Origin: an uncultured Hyphomonadaceae bacterium
GTDB lineage: Bacteria > Pseudomonadota > Alphaproteobacteria > Caulobacterales > Hyphomonadaceae
Reading direction: 5' to 3'
DNA: 64,000 bases
Assembly: GCA_938084575.1 (NCBI GenBank)
Contig: CALKFG010000006.1
Location: 225,579 to 289,578, forward strand
The notes beneath the pieces were generated by a model. It worked only from the letters and a program-made list of their open reading frames with translations, had not been told where the DNA came from and did not search any database. The translations under genes and the position numbers were made by a program. This document shows, piece by piece, positions 30,440 through 41,184 of the stretch (the stretch's first letter is position 1; each line of letters opens with the position of its first letter).

Positions 30440-31936
30440 ATGACCGATATAATAGTGCCAGTTCTCGGGGAAAGTGTCACCGAAGCAACGGTTGGACAGT
30501 GGCTCAAATCGCCCGGCGATTTCGTCAATAAGGACGACGTCCTTGTCGAATTGGAAACCGACAAGGTCGCGGTTGAGGTCTCTGCAGCAGAGTCCGGGAC
30601 ATTGAGTGAGGTTGTCGCGGGTGTTGGCGAGACCGTTGAAATTGGGGCTCTTCTGGGGCGCCTGGGAACCGGTAAAGCGGCGCCGCTCGCAGCGAAAATC
30701 ACCGCTGGATCAGAGGAGCCCGATACATCTGAACGACGATTGGGTGTTGCCGTCGACGTGTCGGTTCCAAGCATGGGTGAAAGCGTTTCTGAGGGCATGG
30801 TTTCGGCATTTCTGAAGCAGGTTGGTGATACAGTCAGAAAAGATGAGTCGATCGCGGAGATTGAAACTGACAAGGTTGCTTTGGAGGTGCCTGCCACCAG
30901 CGATGGCGTCCTGTCTGAATGGCTGATTTCAGAAGGCGACGGGGTCACGCCAGGGGCGATAATTGCCCGGATCACACCCGGCGGTAATCTGGCACCTGTC
31001 AGCGCAATTCAAAAAACGTCTGGCCAGACAACGGGAGCTATCCCGGCGGCTGAGCGTCCAGTGGCGCCATCAGTTCGCCGTGTAGCGGCCGAAGGGGGCG
31101 TCGACCCCGCGAGAATTCCGGGTACTGGCCGAGATGGCCGGGCAACGAAAGCAGATGCGATGGCCTATGTGAACAAAGCAACACCAGCGGCTCCGGATGC
31201 AGTTCCCGCCGCAGCCAAACCGTCCCGGGAGATTGGTCCTCGCGAAGAACGGGTTCGGATGACGCGCCTGCGGCAGACAATTGCTCGCCGTCTCAAAGAG
31301 GCGCAGGACACCGCCGCGATGTTGACGACCTTCAATGACGTCGACATGACCGCTGTCATGGCGTTGCGGAAGGCTCACAAGGACGCCTTTTATGAAAAGC
31401 ACGGCGTCAAGCTTGGGTTTATGGGGTTCTTTACCAAGGCCGTTGTCTCTGCTCTGAAGGAAATTCCAGCGGTCAATGCTGAGATCGATGGTGCTGATAT
31501 TATCTACAAGAACCATTACGACATCGGCGTTGCGGTGGGCACGGAGAAGGGGCTCGTTGTTCCGGTCATTCGCGATTGTGATGAGCTGTCTATTGCAGGC
31601 GTTGAAGGTGAAATTGCGAATATGGGCCGCAAGGCGCGGGATGGAAATTTGTCTATTGCCGATATGCAGGGCGGAACCTTCACCATTTCGAATGGCGGGG
31701 TTTACGGGTCGTTGATGTCGACGCCTATTCTTAATCCGCCGCAATCGGGCGTGCTGGGGATGCACCGCATCGAACAGCGTCCCATGGCAATCAATGGCGA
31801 AGTCAAGATCCGGCCAATGATGTATCTGGCGCTTTCCTATGATCACCGAATTGTCGACGGGAAGGAGGCCGTCACGTTTCTGGTCCGCGTCAAGGAGGCG
31901 CTGGAGGATCCGCAGCGGCTTCTTCTGGATATTTAG
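30440..31936 (+). CDS. sucB: Dihydrolipoyllysine-residue succinyltransferase (E2o) with two lipoyl domains
   Basis: 498 aa. Two ETDKVA lipoyl-lysine motifs, a PSBD, and a catalytic domain with DHRIVDG. Confidence 0.95.
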   Translation: MTDIIVPVLGESVTEATVGQWLKSPGDFVNKDDVLVELETDKVAVEVSAAESGTLSEVVAGVGETVEIGALLGRLGTGKAAPLAAKITAGSEEPDTSERRLGVAVDVSVPSMGESVSEGMVSAFLKQVGDTVRKDESIAEIETDKVALEVPATSDGVLSEWLISEGDGVTPGAIIARITPGGNLAPVSAIQKTSGQTTGAIPAAERPVAPSVRRVAAEGGVDPARIPGTGRDGRATKADAMAYVNKATPAAPDAVPAAAKPSREIGPREERVRMTRLRQTIARRLKEAQDTAAMLTTFNDVDMTAVMALRKAHKDAFYEKHGVKLGFMGFFTKAVVSALKEIPAVNAEIDGADIIYKNHYDIGVAVGTEKGLVVPVIRDCDELSIAGVEGEIANMGRKARDGNLSIADMQGGTFTISNGGVYGSLMSTPILNPPQSGVLGMHRIEQRPMAINGEVKIRPMMYLALSYDHRIVDGKEAVTFLVRVKEALEDPQRLLLDI

Positions 31937-32119
31937 GGCCGCTTTTGTCTGGAAAATCACTTGCTTTTCCGGCAGGCGGAACCGCAAACAGGCCTCGCGG
32001 GGGCGTGGCCCTCTTTGGACGCATAAGGCACTGCGCGTGAAGCGACGCCCCAGATACCGGGGCCGCAACATATCCTGGCGTGATCACATATTCCGAGAAG
32101 CCCGATACTCTGAGGGCGC

Positions 32120-34099
32120 CTAGGGTGTGACGATATTAAACCAGAAAGGTGGGCGATCGAGAGTCGCGAACCAGGATACCAAAGCGGACTGGTCACCGTC
32201 GATTTTCAGGTAACCATTCAGCAAAAGTTCCGGCGCGCTGACCTCTTGCAGAATAAGGCGGTCGAGGTCGGCCCTGGCAATGGTGACTCTGGCGTCCGGA
32301 TTTTCATGATTGCTGGTCCGCGGAACGGTTACGGAAGGGCCGACATGCAGGCTGATGGTCTCCTCCGTATCGGTAAAATCAAAAACGATGGTAAACGGGG
32401 CGCGCGCGAGTTTTGTCGGATTGAAGCGGGCAGCCATAGCATTGAAAACGTCCAGGCTCGGCACAGCACGCAGAAATTCCGCGTTCCCCAGCGAAGGATT
32501 ACCTATGTTTGGAAGTCCGCGACGCAGTTCTGCCGCACCCGCAAGGAAGTAGCTTCTCCAGGCCCCGCTTTCTGCCTGAAACCCGATTTGCTCATAGCTT
32601 GCAGCCAGCCAGTCCCGGGCCGTGGTATTTTTGGGGTCTGCGAACACCAGATGATTGAGGATCTCGGCAGCCCACCGATAGTCTCCCTCCGCGAATGCTG
32701 TTTGGCCGAGTTGTAAGGTGGCGTCGGCGCCGCCCATCGCTGCGACATAACGAGGGGCTGTCTCGGAGCTGGGGAGTTTGTGATATTCAGATGGATTACC
32801 GCTCCACCAACCGAAATAATACTGGAAAACGGCTTTTGAATTGTGGTTCAGGCTGCCGTAATAGCCCCGTGAATCAAAGGCATCCTCTTGGAAATCGGCC
32901 TCTGTCACCATCTCCGCTGCTTCTGTGATCGTCGCCCCTGCGTTCGCCTGGCGCAACGTCTGATCATGGACATAGCGGTATATATCTCTCTGGGTTCTGA
33001 GAAATGTGCTGACGTTGTCAGCATTCCAGCTTGGCCAGTGGTGCGACGCGAACACGACATCGCTTCGCGCGCCATAGGCTTCAAGGACATAATCAATCGC
33101 CTCACTCCAGGCGAGTGCATCACGGACTTTTGCGCCACGGGGAGTCAAAACGTTATGGAAGGTTGCGGTGGCAACCTCGGCCGTGCAAAGCGCCCGCTTT
33201 TCCGGCAGGTAGAACATGAACTCCGCCGGTGCTTCGGTGCCGGCGGCATCAATGAATTCGAACGTGATACCATCGATGAGACGTTGCGTTCCACGCCCGC
33301 CGACTTCCTCCGTTGGAAGCAGAAGGCTAATCGTCCCATTGGGCAGGCCGGGGCCGAGGCCTGAGCCAACATGACCAAGGGGGGACCGGGGCAGCGTGTT
33401 GCCGAACATCAGGGTTGAGCGCCGGCTCATATGATTGCCGGCGATGAGATTCTCAGAAACCGCATTCTTCGAGAAGCCGACCGGGGCCAAAACAGGAATG
33501 TTGCGTGCCGCTATGTCGTCTTCGCTCAGGATGCCACGTGCCCCGCCAAAATGATCCGCATGTGAGTGGGTGTACAACATGCCGGTCACCGGACGCTCAC
33601 CCAGCGTATCGTTCACCAACTTAAGGGCTGCCGCGGCAGTCTCGGTTGTGGTCAGGGGATCGACAATGATCCATCCCGTTTTCCCTTCAATGATGCTCAT
33701 GACGGAAAGGTCATATCCTCGGACTTGCCAGATTCCGTCTGCGACTTGAAACAGTCCGTGGTGGGCGGAGAGTTTGGATTGCCGCCACAGGGAAGGATTG
33801 ACCGTATCCGGTGCGTCGTCCTGCAGGAAATCAAATTGGCGGATCGGCCAGACGACACCGCCTTCTGCATTTGTTATGGCATCGGCCTGTATGCTTGCGA
33901 GCCAGCCACGATAGGCATCGTCAAAATCGTCCGGTTGATCAAGGGGCAGGCGCTGGGCCAGAGACTGATTGGCCTCACGCGTGGCTTCGGTGGCCGCTCC
34001 TGGTGGGGGCAGTTCGACGCCGGAGGAACCTGAATCTGAGATTGACGGGCCACAAGCTGAAAGCAAACCAACGATCAGGCAGACACTTGTTACTCTCAT
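32120..34099 (-). CDS. Alkyl/aryl-sulfatase (MBL fold plus SCP2-like C-terminus), lipoprotein
   Basis: HSHADHFGG metallo-beta-lactamase motif and C-terminal ...LKIDGD...FNIVTP. Start at ATG 34099 (MRVTSVCLIVGLLSAC lipobox, GGAGGA SD) rather than 34216. Confidence 0.8.
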   Translation of the reverse strand: MRVTSVCLIVGLLSACGPSISDSGSSGVELPPPGAATEATREANQSLAQRLPLDQPDDFDDAYRGWLASIQADAITNAEGGVVWPIRQFDFLQDDAPDTVNPSLWRQSKLSAHHGLFQVADGIWQVRGYDLSVMSIIEGKTGWIIVDPLTTTETAAAALKLVNDTLGERPVTGMLYTHSHADHFGGARGILSEDDIAARNIPVLAPVGFSKNAVSENLIAGNHMSRRSTLMFGNTLPRSPLGHVGSGLGPGLPNGTISLLLPTEEVGGRGTQRLIDGITFEFIDAAGTEAPAEFMFYLPEKRALCTAEVATATFHNVLTPRGAKVRDALAWSEAIDYVLEAYGARSDVVFASHHWPSWNADNVSTFLRTQRDIYRYVHDQTLRQANAGATITEAAEMVTEADFQEDAFDSRGYYGSLNHNSKAVFQYYFGWWSGNPSEYHKLPSSETAPRYVAAMGGADATLQLGQTAFAEGDYRWAAEILNHLVFADPKNTTARDWLAASYEQIGFQAESGAWRSYFLAGAAELRRGLPNIGNPSLGNAEFLRAVPSLDVFNAMAARFNPTKLARAPFTIVFDFTDTEETISLHVGPSVTVPRTSNHENPDARVTIARADLDRLILQEVSAPELLLNGYLKIDGDQSALVSWFATLDRPPFWFNIVTP

Positions 34100-34161
34100 A
34101 GCTTCCTCCACTTTTTCATAGCCATGACGGAAGCTTGGACACCTGACAAGGCGCCTTGGAG

Positions 34162-34824
34162 TTATTGCAGGGCGCGTCGGGGGATGCCAAAGCCGCGTAA
34201 GCGCTCGCAGGCCCATTCATAGTCTTCGGCGCAAGCCGATTGCAGCAGCAAGGCACCGCGCGCCCGGTCGCTTTTGCCACCCTGACCCCGGTACAACATG
34301 TTTCCCAGACCGGCACAGCCGGAGGGGTCATTGCGGTCGCAGGCGATGGTGTAGAGCGCGCGTGCGGAGATCCAGTCTGTTCGTCCCGTTGCTCCCGTAT
34401 GATCGATATAAGCCTGCTGTAAGCAGGACGGCGTGTGTTGCCCATCGACGCACGCCTCGCGGAACAGGACTTCTGCATATTCATAATCCTGACGGAAACC
34501 CAGGCCCCGCCGGGACATGTTTGCCAGCTTGAAACAGTTACGTGCCCAGGCATCCCGCGGGAGAGTCCGGTCCGCGCACAGAGAAGTATATTTTTCTCTC
34601 GCCCGTTCGTGCCAACGTCCTGCCTGCTCCAAGTCGACCCCATCATCGGCTGTGACGATATCTCCTCGTCGCCCACTTTGAAGTGCCGCGGCGTCGCGCA
34701 TTGCCCGGTCCGCAAAGATCTCATCTGAATTGGGGGGTGTTTCATGCGCCGGGCCAAATTGTGCCTGAACGGGCAGGCTGAACATCAACATCGCTATGAG
34801 AGAGAGCTTCAATTTTGAAATCAT
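34162..34824 (-). CDS. Secreted Sel1-like repeat protein (Hcp-like, cysteine-bracketed repeats)
   Basis: 220 aa with a signal peptide. Repeated C-x7/8-C pairs (CVDGQHTPSC, CDRNDPSGC, CAEDYEWAC) in Sel1/TPR-like repeats. Confidence 0.7.
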   Translation of the reverse strand: MISKLKLSLIAMLMFSLPVQAQFGPAHETPPNSDEIFADRAMRDAAALQSGRRGDIVTADDGVDLEQAGRWHERAREKYTSLCADRTLPRDAWARNCFKLANMSRRGLGFRQDYEYAEVLFREACVDGQHTPSCLQQAYIDHTGATGRTDWISARALYTIACDRNDPSGCAGLGNMLYRGQGGKSDRARGALLLQSACAEDYEWACERLRGFGIPRRALQ

Positions 34825-34939
34825 CGGTTTTACTCCGGGACTTGAATTTCCACCCTAACCAAAAATGTGGCATCAATCTATCGAGCCTTGCCAGTCCCGG
34901 GGATGACTGACACTTTGGCTGGCTTACAGGGAGAGTAGG

Positions 34940-35911
34940 ATGTCAGCACAAAACCAGAAACCGATCGGGTCGGGATTCGGCGCGAAAACCGATGCTAGGG
35001 ACGTGCTGGAGGGCCAGGACCTGAGCGGACGCAACGTGATTGTGACGGGAGGCTATAGCGGCATTGGTCTTGAGATGGTTCGGGCGTTGCATAGCGCCGG
35101 GGCCCATGTGACCGTGCCGGCACGGCGGAAAAATACAGCCCGCGCGGCACTTGACGCCATCTCTTCCGAGATCGTCGTGGCGGCAATGGACCTGGCCGAT
35201 CTGACCAGCGTTCGGAGCTTCGCCGCCGATTACCGGGAGGCCGGGCGACCGCTGCATGTTCTGATCAACAATGCCGGCATCATGGCTTGCCCTGAAGCGC
35301 GTATTGGACCCGGATGGGAACGCCAGTTCGGAGTGAACCATCTCGGACATATGGCGCTGGCGCTGGACCTTTTGCCGTCTCTTCAAAAGGCAGAGGGCGC
35401 CCGCCTGGTTGCCCTTTCGTCAACGGCACACATTCTCAGTGATGTGCATTGGGACGACCCCCACTTCGAAACTCATGCCTATGATAAATGGCAGGCCTAC
35501 GGGCAGGCCAAATCTGCGGATGCTCTGTTTGCGCTTGGTGCGGATCGACTTTGGGACTCTTATGGCGTGACAGCCTTTAGTGTGCATCCGGGGGGGATTT
35601 TCACGCCGCTGCAGCGACACCTTACCGACGAGGAAATGGCGGCCCTAGGGTGGAAAAATCCCGACGGAACCATTCCTCCGGCCGTTCAGGCCATGTTTAA
35701 AACACCGGAACAGGGGGCGGCCACGGCCACCTGGGCGGCCACCTCTGCTGCTCTTGAGGGTCGAGGAGGCGAATATTGTGAAGATTGCGATATCGCCCTT
35801 TTGGGTGATGCCGAAAGCCCGCGATGGGCCCACGCTCGTGAGTGGATTACCGATGAGGAGAAAGCCGCGCGATTGTGGGATATGAGCCTGAGGATGCTTG
35901 CGGATGCATAG
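34940..35911 (+). CDS. SDR-family oxidoreductase
   Basis: 323 aa. TGGYSGIG cofactor motif, NNAG, catalytic YGQAK. Confidence 0.85.
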   Translation: MSAQNQKPIGSGFGAKTDARDVLEGQDLSGRNVIVTGGYSGIGLEMVRALHSAGAHVTVPARRKNTARAALDAISSEIVVAAMDLADLTSVRSFAADYREAGRPLHVLINNAGIMACPEARIGPGWERQFGVNHLGHMALALDLLPSLQKAEGARLVALSSTAHILSDVHWDDPHFETHAYDKWQAYGQAKSADALFALGADRLWDSYGVTAFSVHPGGIFTPLQRHLTDEEMAALGWKNPDGTIPPAVQAMFKTPEQGAATATWAATSAALEGRGGEYCEDCDIALLGDAESPRWAHAREWITDEEKAARLWDMSLRMLADA

Positions 35912-36005
35912 CTGGTGGGTCGGTGTCGGACCAACATGTCGGAGGGTCTTGCGCGGATTGGATTGACCTGCTTGAGGGTGATAAATCAAAGACGCGGGGA
36001 AGGTC

Positions 36006-36749
36006 ATGGCGACCAAAGATGAGAAGCCGGACAGCCATTGGCAAGGTTATCGGACAGGGCTTGCTTTGGGCTTTCTGTGCCTGATCTTGCTGGTTTTCAT
36101 CGTCTTCAAGTTTGGAGGCTTGTACGATCTGGAGGGGCTCGGTCGAGATTTGGGGCGTGACCTCGCGGCATTTTCAGGGCGTCCTTTCGCGCCCCTTCTG
36201 CTTGTCGCAGGGTTCTGTCTCGGCGCGCTGATCGCGGCGCCTCAATTTGTGCTGATCGGGATCGGCGTCGTCGCTTTCGGGCCCGTTTGGGGGGCGATTT
36301 GGTCTTGGGGCGCAACACTTGTTTCGGGGTCTTTGACCTTTTGGTTAGGCTGGCTATCTGGGCGAAAGCCCCTGCAGCATATGTCGGGGCTTCGTCTGCA
36401 GCAGCTGACGGGCTTTATTGCCCGCAATGCACTGGCGGCAAGCCTGCTTGTGCGGAATATTCCGGCCGGACCCTTCCTGATCGTCAATATGGTTTTCGGC
36501 GCCGTGCGTGCGCCTTTCTTGCCTTATTTTACTGGTCTAGCCTTTGGCAGTCTTCCGAAAATTCTGCTGGTCGCTTTTGGCGCAAAGGCTGTCGAGGCCG
36601 CGCTGAACGGGCGGATGTTCCTGGCCGGCGCGACCGCAGCGATAGCCTTTGTGATCTTTCTCTCCGGGTGGGTTTTTGTGCGCCAGCGACGACGCAAAGG
36701 GGAAATTTTGTCGTTCAAGGACGGTAAATCGGTTGACACTGCTGAATGA
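36006..36749 (+). CDS. TVP38/TMEM64 (DedA-superfamily) membrane protein, second copy in the window
   Basis: 247 aa, multi-TM, VRNIPAGPFLIVNMVFGA core. Confidence 0.75.
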   Translation: MATKDEKPDSHWQGYRTGLALGFLCLILLVFIVFKFGGLYDLEGLGRDLGRDLAAFSGRPFAPLLLVAGFCLGALIAAPQFVLIGIGVVAFGPVWGAIWSWGATLVSGSLTFWLGWLSGRKPLQHMSGLRLQQLTGFIARNALAASLLVRNIPAGPFLIVNMVFGAVRAPFLPYFTGLAFGSLPKILLVAFGAKAVEAALNGRMFLAGATAAIAFVIFLSGWVFVRQRRRKGEILSFKDGKSVDTAE

Positions 36750-36906
36750 AGCCCACAAGAAAAGTAAATGCGCAATTCTATGCTAAATTTGTTTGATCAG
36801 CACCTGGGGCTTACCGGCCCCTGGCTGGGGGCCGTCATGATCTAGGTCGTGACACCCGGTCAGGGGACTGTCTAGAACCTTACTCCTGCATCACCGGACC
36901 TGACCT

Positions 36907-38448
36907 ATGACCATACATACCGACACCTCTGATATCGTTATTTTTGACACCACGATGCGCGATGGGGAACAATCTCCCGGCGCCTCGATGACACATCAGG
37001 AAAAGCTCAACCTGGCAGAGCTTTTGGAGGCGATGGGCGTAGATGTCATCGAAGCTGGTTTTCCGGCGTCGTCTATAGGTGATTTTGAGGCAGTACGGGA
37101 AATAGCCCGCCGGTCGAGCAACAGCGTGATTTGTGGCCTGGCACGCTCAACGCCTGGTGATATCGAGCGATGTGGAGAAGCGGTTCGCGGGGCAGCACGT
37201 CCGCGAATTCACACGTTTATTTCTACCAGCCCGGTTCACATGAAGCATAAGCTGCAAATGGGTCCAAATGCTGTTCTTGAAGCCGTGGGGCGCTCTGTTG
37301 CCCAGGCGAGAAACCTTGTCGATGATGTCGAGTGGAGTGCTGAGGATGCCACGCGAACCGAGTTTGATTTTCTTTGCAAGTGCATCGACTCCGCAATTGT
37401 GTCGGGTGCGACAACAATCAACATTCCCGATACCGTTGGGTATTCTCATCCAGATGAATATGGACGGTTGATCCGTTCACTGCGGGAAACCATTCCAAAT
37501 AGCGATAAAGTGATCTGGTCAACTCACTGTCATAATGATCTCGGTTTGGCCGTCGCCAATTCGCTTGCAGGGGTCAGCAACGGTGCCCGTCAGATTGAGT
37601 GCACGATCAACGGGCTCGGTGAACGGGCCGGGAATGCGGCCCTTGAGGAAGTCGTGATGGCGTTCAATGTCCGCCGCGATAGCTTGCCTTTTGCAACCCA
37701 GATCGACACCCGTAAGCTGTCGGCTGCCAGTCTCATGGTCAGTCGTATCACCGGCTTCCCGGTTCAATATAATAAGGCGATTGTCGGCAAAAATGCCTTT
37801 GCTCACGAAAGCGGCATTCATCAGGACGGCATGCTTAAGAACGCCGAGACCTATGAAATTATGCGCCCTGAAGATGTTGGCGTTTCGAAAACCAGCTTGG
37901 TCCTGGGAAAACTGTCCGGCCGTCATGCTTTCAATGATAAACTGAGGGCCTTGGGCTACGAGCTCGATAAGGAAGGTTTGAACTCGGCATTCAAACGTTT
38001 CAAGGCCTTAGCAGACCGCAAGAAGCACATTTTCGATGATGACATTCTCGCTTTGGTGGACGATCAGCTGTCTGCGTTTGGTGAACGGATCACATTCAAG
38101 AAACTCCGCGTTATGGCTGGGTCAGAAGGCCCCCAATCGGCAGACCTGAGTGTGGAGGTGGATGGTGAGATGAAGGAGTCAAGCTGCGAAGGGAACGGGC
38201 CGGTTGATGCGGTTTTCAATGCCATTCGGGTGATCGTTCCACATGACAGTAAGCTGGATCTCTTTCAGGTGCATGCTGTGACCGGGGGAACGGACGCTCA
38301 GGCGGAGGTCAGCGTCCGGTTGAAGGGGGAGGGAATCATGGCGATGGGCCGTGCATCCGACCCCGACACTCTGGTCGCCAGCGCCAAGGCTTACATCAAC
38401 GCTTTAAACAAGCTGGAAGCTCGTCGTCTAAAGCGCGTCGCGGCGTAA
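36907..38448 (+). CDS. leuA: 2-isopropylmalate synthase
   Basis: 513 aa. DTTMRDGEQS, HCHNDLGLAVANS, and a C-terminal LeuA dimerisation/regulatory domain. Confidence 0.95.
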   Translation: MTIHTDTSDIVIFDTTMRDGEQSPGASMTHQEKLNLAELLEAMGVDVIEAGFPASSIGDFEAVREIARRSSNSVICGLARSTPGDIERCGEAVRGAARPRIHTFISTSPVHMKHKLQMGPNAVLEAVGRSVAQARNLVDDVEWSAEDATRTEFDFLCKCIDSAIVSGATTINIPDTVGYSHPDEYGRLIRSLRETIPNSDKVIWSTHCHNDLGLAVANSLAGVSNGARQIECTINGLGERAGNAALEEVVMAFNVRRDSLPFATQIDTRKLSAASLMVSRITGFPVQYNKAIVGKNAFAHESGIHQDGMLKNAETYEIMRPEDVGVSKTSLVLGKLSGRHAFNDKLRALGYELDKEGLNSAFKRFKALADRKKHIFDDDILALVDDQLSAFGERITFKKLRVMAGSEGPQSADLSVEVDGEMKESSCEGNGPVDAVFNAIRVIVPHDSKLDLFQVHAVTGGTDAQAEVSVRLKGEGIMAMGRASDPDTLVASAKAYINALNKLEARRLKRVAA

Positions 38449-38565
38449 TAGAACAAAGAACGAAGCGTTTGCTTTGGGCGGTTCTGGCTGATGTGCACGA
38501 AGGGTCTTCATGTATGCCCTGAAGTGGCAGCGTTTTGATGCGTACGGTGCGTTTCTATTTTTTGA

Positions 38566-39714
<1,149 letters not shown>

Positions 39715-39767
39715 TTACCTGCTGACAAAGACTGTGATGAGCACCCGCTGATGGAAGGATAGCGCTT

Positions 39768-40637
39768 ATGAATCGCTATTCCGGTAAGGGATACAGGAAA
39801 CGCCCGCTAAAGCCTTATGGGTTCTTTATTGCGCTTGCGGTTCTGGTTGCATTGCTTCTTGTGCAGACGTCGCCGCGACTGCGCGGGACGATAGAGCCTG
39901 TTCGGAGCCTGGCTTCAGATCAATTGTTTCACATGTCTCGGCCGAGCCTGATCGATAGGGTCACCGGGCGGTCTGCCCGCGAACAGCGCATCGCGGCTCT
40001 TGAGGCCCGGGTTCGGGAACTTGCTCAATATGAAGCCATGGCCTTGTCTATGGCGGAACGCCTCGATGTCTATGAGCACATTCTGAATACGCAGGGAGAG
40101 CCCGAGGGGGCCGAGGTCACGGCGCGGATTATGGCGGAGTCGAATGGGCCTTTCGCAGAGGCGCTTTTGGCCAATGCGGGTCGTTTGCACGGCGTCGAGA
40201 CCGGTTTCTACGCTGTAAATGATAGGGGCCTGGTCGGCCGGGTCGTTCAGGTTGGGCAGCGTTCATCGCGTATCCTGAAAATTACTGATTTTAACAGTCG
40301 GGTTCCGGTGATGGGTGAATCGAGTGGCTTGCGGGCGATCTTATTTGGCGGTCGTGACGGTGCCGGCCGTCTAACCGACCAACCCGAAGCGGGGGCCTTT
40401 CTGATCGGAGAACGCATACTGACCTCGGGTGAAGGAGGGCTGTTTCCCCGAGGAGTTGTTGTGGGTACCGTGCAGTCTTCTTCCGACAGCATCAGGGTCG
40501 AACTGGCCATGAAGCAGGGCCAATTGGGCTATATCCGGCTCAAGGGGACCCCGTCCTTTACAAAGCCTGAGGCCGAGGCGAATGCAGAGATGGGCGCAAT
40601 CGTGTCGCCTGCATCCAGGGACCGGTCGGGTGAATAG
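39768..40637 (+). CDS. mreC: Rod-shape-determining protein MreC
   Basis: 289 aa. N-terminal TM, coiled coil and MreC beta-barrel region. Position between mreB and mreD. Confidence 0.88.
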   Translation: MNRYSGKGYRKRPLKPYGFFIALAVLVALLLVQTSPRLRGTIEPVRSLASDQLFHMSRPSLIDRVTGRSAREQRIAALEARVRELAQYEAMALSMAERLDVYEHILNTQGEPEGAEVTARIMAESNGPFAEALLANAGRLHGVETGFYAVNDRGLVGRVVQVGQRSSRILKITDFNSRVPVMGESSGLRAILFGGRDGAGRLTDQPEAGAFLIGERILTSGEGGLFPRGVVVGTVQSSSDSIRVELAMKQGQLGYIRLKGTPSFTKPEAEANAEMGAIVSPASRDRSGE

Positions 40638-41184
40638 GTTTTGGCGTCCGCTGCAGTCGTTGCCGGGATGGTGGCAGGACAGTTCCTTTGCCATGCGGAT
40701 CGGCGTTGGCACGGCCGTTGTGAGCCTCATTGGTCTGGCCGGCCTGACGCCAAGGATGATGCACGGTCTGGCGCTGGCCTGGCCTTTCGCCGCTCTGATC
40801 GCGGCGGTTGGATGGGGACGAAGCGGCGTTGCCTTCCTGCCGATGTTCATTCTGATCGGTTTTGGCTTCGCGCAAGATATTGCCGCGACTGCGCCACTCG
40901 GATGTTTTGCGGTTATCAACCTTGTCGCATATGGCGCGTCAAGTTTTCTGTATCAGACCTTTGATAGTGAGAGGTCCTTGGGCATCGGCATCGGTCTGCC
41001 TCCATTCCTTCTCGCCATCGGCTTTGTTCTGGTGTGGAGCCTGGCCAGCCTGGTCTCGGGTCACCCTCAGCGCCTTCAGCCTCTGATCGCCGCCCTGTTC
41101 ACATCCATTCTGCTCCAGGGTGTGATCGGTTCGGTTTTTGACCTGGGCGCGAAGCCCGGCGCAGAGTCAGGAGCAACGCCTTGA
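40630..41184 (+). CDS. mreD: Rod-shape-determining protein MreD
   Basis: Polytopic membrane product in the mreBCD position. The start is uncertain: GTG 40630 overlapping the mreC stop, or ATG 40693. Confidence 0.7.
   Translation: MNRFWRPLQSLPGWWQDSSFAMRIGVGTAVVSLIGLAGLTPRMMHGLALAWPFAALIAAVGWGRSGVAFLPMFILIGFGFAQDIAATAPLGCFAVINLVAYGASSFLYQTFDSERSLGIGIGLPPFLLAIGFVLVWSLASLVSGHPQRLQPLIAALFTSILLQGVIGSVFDLGAKPGAESGATP

Noticed and set aside
31070-32071. 333-aa minus-strand ORF
   Set aside because: It is antisense to the sucB catalytic domain and its product is Arg-rich low-complexity. The same reasoning applies to 43353..44351 (antisense to rodA), 51536..52567, 55405..56343, 58321..59205 and 60558..61424.
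34100-34216. ORF-track N-terminal extension of the alkyl sulfatase, and the overlapping 34116..34757 ORF
   Set aside because: ATG 34099 is preceded by GGAGGA and gives a clean lipoprotein signal peptide. The 34116..34757 ORF is an alternative frame of the Sel1-repeat gene with no motif support.
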